Source: Eledone cirrhosa (Eukaryota). From it: a DNA stretch of 64,000 nt. The first letter of the stretch is position 1. Every line of letters starts with the position of its first letter. The position numbers and the translations under genes are program-made. Location of the stretch: the NCBI GenBank assembly GCA_964016885.1, contig OZ024740.1, forward strand, positions 225,742,001 to 225,806,000. Direction: 5' to 3'. Below the pieces are notes generated by a model, which worked only from the letters and a program-made list of their open reading frames with translations, ran no database searches and was not told the origin of the DNA. Positions 54,710 to 64,000 of this stretch are shown here, one piece after another.

Positions 54710-56950
54710 TATCTCAGTCATTGATGTTATTTAACCGGAAAATTTGCCCTAATGAACATCAAGCGGCTACTGCAGCCTCAGATATTCAGAACATATTGGA
54801 GCGTCTTTGCTGTTCTCAGTAGGCATGTCTTTTGGAGTAATCTAAAACAGGGTCTGGGCTAATGTCCTTTAGCCAGTCTTAGACAATCTTCGAGATAGTA
54901 CATAGTGGTCCTATGACGATGGTGACGACCCTAATCTCATGACAGTCCGAATCCTTTTCAGTTCCTACTTTAGATCATGGTACCGCTTAAGCTTCTCCAT
55001 CCAACTGAGGTTAGTTTTACCTTTGACTCTTACGGGGTCGATAAAATAAAGCACCAGTAAAGGACTGGGGTCGATTTAATCGACTTGCCCCCCCCCCCTT
55101 CAAATTGCTGGCCTTGTGCCTAAAGTAGAAACAATTATTATTATTATTTACGTATATGGGAAGTGATGCTGATAATCTTTTCTTATCTACTCAATTTGTG
55201 GATGTCAATGCTCTCGATGTTTAATTTGACACCCTGTAAGTTGATGCCAGTGGAAAAACAAGATATTGGAATTGTGTTTCCATGCAATGTGGATCTACGA
55301 AGGTATATTTGATAAAATCTGTGTCATGATAGTTTTGAGTCGCATAACAATGTCGGGACAATTTAAGAGAAAATGATTGCCGTTTCTATGCCATCGGTTG
55401 CCCGTCATCAAGTTTGCCATAATGTATCTCAGAAGAACATAGTTTACAACTGTGTATGTTTAGAGTGAGTGGTTAAGGAGAATATCATATGAATAAGACT
55501 GTAATGTTACAAATAACATGGAAAAGACCTTGCCGTATAGAAGGAACGGTCACTAGATTGCAGAATATGAATATGCGATATAGAGTGCTGATGGTGCACT
55601 CTGCAATAAATTTGTGTGCAACGGAATTTCCAGTCAAATATGTGCAAGGCTCTTTGCTTGTATCAAGAGCAATATTGCTGTCACTGAAGATAACATGGAT
55701 TCAGAGAAGATATTCTCAGTATACTAGGTGAGTGCTAAACAGCCACCAAAGATGGCTTATTATCTTTATGATAATTCTGGATGATGCATGTTATATGTTT
55801 GGTGTAATTTGATTTCACATCAAATAATAAAGATTTATAGACTAAAATTAAGTCTGTCTGAAGTCTTATTAGGATATTTCATTTAGAGTAATATTTGTGC
55901 TAGACCAATAGGCCGTACCCCACTAGAAAGACTAAAACCTCCGGTGTTTCTTACATAGCAGGGCAGGTTTACAATCGTTCTGGTTCACAATAAACTGTAC
56001 TGATGAATACCTTTAAGCTAAAGATATTACGAATTTTAGCGTAGGTAAATTGTGTGCCGCCTTGGGCAGTTACTGAAATTGTCGCCCCGCTCTTGCCCCA
56101 TCCCCGACAAATACAACATGTTATACAACATATTGTACTCCCTCTTAAAGTGTTGCACCCGGAAAAATGTCGCTCGAGGTGGATTCTCCCATAAGATGAT
56201 GGACGTTGTTTACAGCACTTTCCATACATCACTTATAATATATGACGGCAGATAAATCAAGATTTGACAGTTGGATATATGGTGCAATTTTGAAATAGAA
56301 CACACCGTAGTATGTTGTTATTGTTTTATAGCTACAAGTGAGACCTGTTTCGAGAAGAGCTATAATCAAAACTGGTAATGTTTTGGAATTTCTCATGGTA
56401 TTTGAGCTATGTTCTGTGACTGTATAGAATTGCAGTGCTGATGCAATGAAATACTTGGGAGCGGAGGCATTTAAAGGATGTGAAAATGATGTGAGATTAT
56501 ATAAGAAGAATGTTTTGCTGTCAGACTGTGATACACATTTACTGTCAAGTGTAGTTAGTATATATTGAAGATCCGCAAGTTCATTGAACAGTACAGTAAA
56601 GTTTATGCAGAAGGTTTTATTTTGTCGTTAGGTAACAGTGGAGGGGATTATCTTGATTAGATAGTGATTATGATCTTATACCGATCTTAAAGACTTTCAA
56701 ATAAGTTAAAGGGGATATAGTTAAAATTGAAAAAATTATCAAGAGCCTTTGAAATATCCATATGTTGGTGTGAAATACTGATAGGAGAAAAGACAAACTG
56801 ACACATAGTGTTTAATTTAACACTCCTATGTATGCGCTGGTGGTGTTTATGTGAATACTTGCACACATCAAAATATTTTAATTGTAGAAGGAGGCGAGTT
56901 AGGATAATGTCCTCAATGAAGGATGATATTCTGTTTAACCACAAGGTGGT
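54710..56950 (-). mobile_element. Decayed non-LTR retrotransposon(s): RLE-type C-terminus and RT remnants
   Basis: EKLKRYHDLK*EL (54961-55000); LQKTCLLRTAKTLQYVLNI* (54780-54840); PDIV (~55350); DISKALD (~56750). Continuity between these pieces is not established. Confidence 0.5.
55003..55148 (+). mobile_element. SINE A long subfamily, 5'-truncated
   Basis: Central block, insert and tail. Confidence 0.8.
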
Positions 56951-58004
56951 GTAAAGAATTTGGTGTTGATATTGTCTAGCGAATACTCTGGCCTGACTGG
57001 ACGACTTTGAAATGGCTTCAACGTTGACGTGGTAACCAGCACTACATTGTAAAGTAGAGTCATTTGATTGATCAAACTACAATTTAGACATTCTTTCCTT
57101 TTCTCCCCATATATGACATGGTTCTAATATAAGTGGCAGATTTGTTCGAAGTGAGAAGATGGTTGTCTGCTAATCACATACAAAGTGTAAATGAGATACA
57201 TGGTACGCAGTTCAAGATCCTACATTTGTCGGACGACAAGAGCACCAGAAACATACTGGAGGGAAGAGGACAGGGAATTATACACCAGTTGATAGGGCAA
57301 CTTTCCAAGAAACATATTCACAGGTTTTAGCTTTTGTACTATCTTGCATTGAATCTGCACTGAGAAAACATTTCAGACGATATATTCCAATGATTTGTGA
57401 CATTACTCAAGGCAAGTAGCAGATGGCAAGTAAAGATTCAAGAAGCTAAAGCCGAAGACATAGCCAGAGTGCTTGCATCTGACAGGAAGACAGTAAAACG
57501 AAATAAAATTAAAAGAACGATGATAACAGAAAAAGAACAAAAGTCCAAAAGATATTATTTGGAAAGATTTTGTGTAGAGATTAAAAGTGTAAGAAAGTTT
57601 GAACAAAAATTGAGAAGAGTACACAAGGGGAAGACGAGGATCATCGAGTGTTTTTAACAAAATAAATGAATAAATAAATACATAAACAAAATCTTAACAC
57701 TGATTCAATGGCCATCCACTGAGATGTTTGTCTATGTACGGAATCCGCATTAGACATATATACTGCCTTTAGAATGATATTATGTATATATACAACAATA
57801 CAAACACACATACAGAGGTGAATGCATATATCTGAGTCTGCATGTGAGTGATAATGTATATATTTATGTGAGTAAAGCAAAGAGAAAGTAATAAGTTATA
57901 TTTATGTCTACAAATACACAAATTCACATTTTTTTTAGAGAAAACTAACAGGTCCACTCATGTTGCCATCTCTTGTAAAACTGTTGATGCTGGCGTTTTC
58001 TGTA

Positions 58005-58070
<66 letters not shown>

Positions 58071-58421
58071 ATAAACCAACCCACTCACACACATGTATAT
58101 GTGTGTGCGCACGGACAAGTATGAGATATATAATGTATATATATATCATACAGAAAACGTGTATATATATTTATATAGTAAAAAAAGAGTGTGTGCACGT
58201 TAGAAAACGTTTTATACAGATCGCATTATATGAGGATATTTATTTTGAAAAAGGAGTTTGAAAAGCGTATCTGGTATCTATATAAAGGATCTTTATAACA
58301 TGTACAAAAATTGATGTTACCAAAGACTGATTTCTCCCTTTTGGATTATGAAAACATTTGTTACTAGGTTAAATTGATTTTTTGTTAAATCTTCTGCATG
58401 CTGATTCTCTCCACACACACA

Positions 58422-58460
<39 letters not shown>

Positions 58461-58484
58461 GCGCACACACACGCACGCACACAC

Positions 58485-58610
<126 letters not shown>

Positions 58611-58763
58611 GCACACATAATATCGACACTATTACGCACGCATTTCACTTTGCCTTCCAAAGTTGTTAACAAGGATACCTAAAATCTTGTCTTTTTTACT
58701 CGCATTATTTTCGTTATTTTAAACCCTTGAGGTTAATAAAAAAAGCATTATATTCGTTATTTT

Positions 58764-58957
58764 AGGGCGGTGGATTGGCAGTATCGGTAGTGCGACGGAC
58801 GCCATGCTTTGCAACATAGAGATACACCCCTTTACTGTCTGAGTTCAAATCCCACCGAGGTTAACTTTGCCTTTCATCCTTACGATATCGATAAAATAAA
58901 GTACCAGTAAAGCACTGGGGTAATTGCTGGCCTTGTGCCAAAAGTAGAAACAATTAT
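58764..58957 (+). mobile_element. SINE family A
   Basis: Full-length consensus match. Confidence 0.9.
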
Positions 58958-59028
58958 TTTCCTTATTTTACCGTGGCCTTCATTTTATTTTCTCTTTCCA
59001 TTCTTTGTGATCATGTTTCTATTTTATA

Positions 59029-59059
59029 CTCCTGAAGAAGGGCTAAAGCCCGACGCGTC
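59029..59059 (+). ncRNA. Degenerate minimal hammerhead
   Basis: CTGAAGA AGGGC TAAA GCCC GA CGCGTC (two A residues of GAAA are missing). Confidence 0.5.
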
Positions 59060-59153
59060 TACATTTCTTTCTCCTTTTCCATATAAAACATGAAACCAAT
59101 AAGACCTTCTGTACTTCTGTTATATCGTCTCCTTGAGCTATATTAATATATAT

Positions 59154-59922
59154 ATACTATAAAGTATGTCCATAGAATCATTTGATAATATATATACACC
59201 ATTTCCTCTCCCAATTAGCATAATTAACCACACAAAAAATCAATTAGACCAGGCTATACGGTTAAAAGGCACCTATGAAGAAATAGTAAATAAATAAACG
59301 ATAACACTCTCTTCGCAGCCAACCGCCATAGAATTTTTACCCAACATTTCAACACCACGTGGAAATCGATTAAATATACGGTCAGCCATACACAATTAGG
59401 TATAAAATTAAAGTTAGAAGAAATGCTTATACACATACCAGGATTATGTCCCTGCTCTTGGGTTCGTTCGCATTTTGATATATCCTATTAAGGATAAAAT
59501 CTCGAGCTTCAAACTCATCAGGAGACAAACTCCTTAGAACAGAATATTTCGTAAAGTGGTCCCCGCCAGATACGAATTCAAAATGGCTAAGAATTGTGAC
59601 GTGGCAGTGGTCAAGTCAGAAAGAATGTGATTGGTTGCTTACGGCGAGTGGGTTGGTTGCTAGAAAGCGGAGCCCAATATTGCCCAAATTGCATCTCAAC
59701 CTTATGGGAGATTATTAAATATAAAGATGTACATATACACAAACTAGACAAAGTCACAGATATATATGTGTTTGCAACCATTCACGATGTGGCTCAATGA
59801 AGAATTAATAAATTAAATAATCAGAGCAATATACTATAAAGTGTGTCCATAGAATCATTTGATAATATACATACAACATTTCCTCCCCCAATTAGCATAA
59901 TTAACCACACAAAAATCTATTA
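59154..59922 (-). mobile_element. Terminally redundant ~680-nt element with HHR-like core; another copy at 63776-64000
   Basis: 59154-59245 resembles 59832-59922. Minus-strand CTGATGA at 59515-59521 with a GTTTG/CGAAC stem. 63776-63990 matches 59722-59922 followed by 59245-59265. Confidence 0.7.
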
Positions 59923-59931
59923 ACTACACGA

Positions 59932-60071
<140 letters not shown>

Positions 60072-60221
60072 TTTCTACCTATATACACACGTGCGTGCGG
60101 TTGTATGTATTTCACTGCCACACTATACATACACACATATTTACACACTTATATAGATGTATCTATATATCTATAAATGTATATATATATATATATATAT
60201 ATGTATATACATACATATATA

Positions 60222-60300
<79 letters not shown>

Positions 60301-60781
60301 GATATATAGTAAACGATATATTTTGCGATATCATATTATATGTATTATATTATTCGATAGTATTATGCTATATATGATATAGCGACTTCTTTCTCATACT
60401 TTTCTAAATACAATTTTTCCTTTACCTATATATCCATTTATATATCCTTTACCTATATATCCATACGCAGAAGATTACTGTTGCAGATTTTCAAGATTTT
60501 GTTTTTTACTTAGGTCTCACATATTCTTAAATATTTCAATCAATATAATATTTAGTATGTTTCAATATACTCTTTCCTTGCATCTTAGGAATTTCCATCT
60601 TGTATTACAATTTGCTGACATTTATTCTCTTTATAGAACTATACTGTAGTCAAGCATAAAAGATCAAAATATTAAACAAAAGACAATACTGGCAATAATA
60701 AAGGAAAATATATTTGATCAATCAACCACAATCACTAGCTAATATATTCTTTGAAGAAGATAAATATTGTATGTTGTATGT

Positions 60782-60888
<107 letters not shown>

Positions 60889-60916
60889 ATCGGTGTATCG
60901 TAATATATGTGGATAC

Positions 60917-60947
<31 letters not shown>

Positions 60948-61166
60948 TATAGATATAGATATATATTTATATATATATATATACACACACATATATACAT
61001 ACATACATATATATATACATGTATATATACATATATATACATGTATATATATACATATATGTATGCATATATATACACATACATATATATATATGTATAT
61101 ATATATATATACATATATATACACATATAGATGCATATATATATAGGTGTGTGCGCGCGTACGTAT

Positions 61167-61228
<62 letters not shown>

Positions 61229-61374
61229 GTATATATATTTGTAGACACATCCTGTATGCATAACGTATAAGTGTATATATAAATAAATATATATATATAT
61301 ATATATATATATGCTTGTTCTTGTGTTGGCATGTAAATATATATATATATATTTACATGCCAACACAAGAACAA

Positions 61375-61456
<82 letters not shown>

Positions 61457-61521
61457 TGTTTGAAAGAAAAAGTGTTCCCTATATATATATATGTATGTGT
61501 GTATAAATATATATTGTATGC

Positions 61522-61553
<32 letters not shown>

Positions 61554-62303
61554 GCATACAATATATATTTATACACACATACATATATATATATATATAG
61601 GGAAAACTTTTTCTTTCAAACACGCGACTTTTCATAATTCGTTATTATGCTTAGTAGTATTCCAATATCTATGTGTGTCTTAAAGTTTCGATGCATTCAC
61701 ATCTATGATCCTTGTAGAAGGTCATTCGTTACGTGCATAGCAGTGGCTGTAAAATATCATGGTTATGACAGGAGATAGTGTGTGCCTCCTTTAAAATTTC
61801 TGAAATGTTGAAGCATGACTTTTATAGTAATATGTGTCACCTATCATGAATCTGTTTGTTCATATTTGTATCTGATTCTGATATTAGTAGACGCTGATGT
61901 GGAAGTAATTTCGTTTTATTCTTTGTTATAGATATATCACAATATCTGCAATAGCTTATGCGTCAAGCTAGTTATCATATATGAAGTGCAGCCCTAATTT
62001 CATGTCTTGAACATCAGCAATAAATATATATATTATAAAAAACTTATGAAAATAATATAGAAACTTACTCAATAACTAACTAGAAGAATGTGAAACCGCT
62101 AATGTACAATACTTCATGTTAATTTCTTTCCCAGCATCTTTTCAGCATTTCTGCAAAATTTGTCTAACATTTATTGCTATTTCCCAGCATTCATGTAACG
62201 TTTCTTCAGCATTTTCATTCACGTTATTTAACAACATTGATATATATAGATATAATATTATTCAAAATGTTAATAAATGAAAAATATTCTCATAATCAAA
62301 ATA

Positions 62304-62370
62304 TATATTTTATTATACATATTTCAAAGGTACAATGGTGTTTAAGTACGTTTTCATCAGACAAAATATA
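62304..62370 (-). ncRNA. Type I hammerhead
   Basis: Minus strand: TATATTTTGT CTGATGA AAACGTAC..GTACCTTT GAAA TATGTA TA ATAAAATATA (10-bp stem I). Confidence 0.78.
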
Positions 62371-63437
62371 AGATTTGATATGTGACTTACCGCTACGGTT
62401 TGGATTATTCACTTCCAGTATTGGCAGTGATTTATTACACCAAATCTCAACGTTTTTATACCACAAATAATATGATAAACTTAAAGAAGAAAGGACGTAG
62501 AGCAAGGTAGAAATATAGAAGAAGAAACGGCAAGAAATAAAAAAAAACAAATAAATAAATAAATAAATGAATAAATAAATAAATAAATAGATAAATGAAT
62601 GAATAAAAGAAGAAAAAAAGATATAACAAAAAAGAGGAAGAAAAACAAAAGAAAGGGAAGATGTGGGGATAATAAAGAGAAAACGAAGGAGAATAAAAAA
62701 AACAAAGAAAGGAAAAGGAAAATATGAAATAGGGGGAGAATAAAAAAACCGTTGTATTCAAATGCTAGATAAAATAAGAAATCAAAAATCTATTCACATA
62801 TATCAATCAATATCGCTTGTATTGGATTACGCTTTAGCTAATTATACTTTTATATTATATCCAGATTATTAGGTATAGATTACTTTCTATAGCAATCAAA
62901 TATTTAAGTTAATTGAACATTTATATAATTTAATTTAGCTCATTCTAGATTATTATAATTTTTAATTTTAAGGTAAGATATTCTATTAATATTTTACTAC
63001 TTTAAAATAATTAATCTTTAAAGCCTAATTAAATAATTATTAAATATGTATTAACATTTGGAATAATATTAAATACTCCGGGAAAACTGTCGAGTGCTTC
63101 TAATCTATTGTAAAATTGTATTCGTTGATTAATCAACGAAACCATATTAATCTTTGGTTATATATATATATATATATATGAGGGGATCTGTCCAAATGAC
63201 AACAAGGCATTCAATTACCTCTGAGTCAAAAACAGAGAAAACACATTTCTTAATTCTCGGAGTTATCCCTCCCCGTTTCTTCCTAATTATTATGCAATTA
63301 TACACATGGTGATGTCACTAGGTTCACGCGTAACATAGCCACTGAAATGTGCATAGTGTTTGCAGTAATAAAAGTTTAAAGAAATACAACTTGTCCGACC
63401 TGCTGTCATTGCACCCTATAATATATATATATATATA

Positions 63438-63640
63438 TACAATATTAAATAAATGGAAAACTATATTTATAAAACCATATTTATTTCATTATATATATTT
63501 CGGGGATATCATATTAACATGTTTATATTGTATTTTGTCTGATGAAGGCATAGCATATTGTCAATATGATATCCCCGAAATATATATAATGAAATAAATA
63601 TGGTTTTATAAATATAGTTTTCCATTTATTTAATATTGTA
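63438..63640 (+). mobile_element. HHR element with 5' inverted duplication
   Basis: 63438-63515 is the reverse complement of 63563-63640. Confidence 0.8.
63531..63596 (+). ncRNA. Type I hammerhead
   Basis: TATTTTGT CTGATGA AGG..CATATTG T CAATATG..CCC GAAA TATATA TA ATGAAATA. Confidence 0.75.
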
Positions 63641-63724
63641 AATATACTCCAAATATTTGTCGAGTGCTTTTATATCAGTTATAAATATTTACTAGTTGTA
63701 ACCCAACAATTTTAAATATAACTT

Positions 63725-63778
<54 letters not shown>

Positions 63779-64000
63779 GATGTACATATACACAAACTAG
63801 ACAAGGTCACAGATATATATGTTTTGGCAACCATTCACGATGTGGCTCAATGATGAATTAATAAATTAAATAATCAGAGCAATATACTATAAAGTATGTC
63901 CATAGAATCATTTGATAATATATATACACAATTTCCTCCCCGAATTAGCATAATTAACCACACAAAAAAAAAACAATTAGACCAAGCTATAAGATTAAAA

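Overview
AT-rich, microsatellite-dense eukaryotic (animal) non-coding DNA. The SINE sequences and composition suggest a cephalopod/octopus genome, but this is inference. I found no convincing host protein-coding exon, and nearly all listed ORFs are translations of (TA)n/(CA)n tracts. The window is a mosaic of: (i) Penelope-like element (PLE) remnants, namely two related GIY-YIG endonuclease 3' ends (1-405, 40909-41549), an RT-thumb+GIY-YIG copy with an inverted pseudo-LTR (3324-5467) and a fold-back RT fragment (50130-50824); (ii) about 20 copies or fragments of a tRNA-derived SINE plus other SINE families; (iii) non-autonomous Helitrons, mariner/pogo-type MITEs and decayed LINEs. The main hidden signal is a dense set of type I hammerhead ribozyme (HHR) motifs read by eye: about 12 intact or near-intact, plus several degenerate or half copies. 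They sit in many unrelated short non-coding elements, most of them inserted in or next to (TA)n. Two use a compensatory U3-A8 core (UUGAUAA). One lies in a ~319-nt terminally redundant unit resembling a non-LTR retrozyme (candidate circular RNA). Many elements carry fold-back inverted duplications, and in one family the 5' truncations cluster in HHR stem II. A non-autonomous RTE-derived element with a possible degenerate HDV-like ribozyme at its 5' end is also present. All structures were read manually and none was computed.
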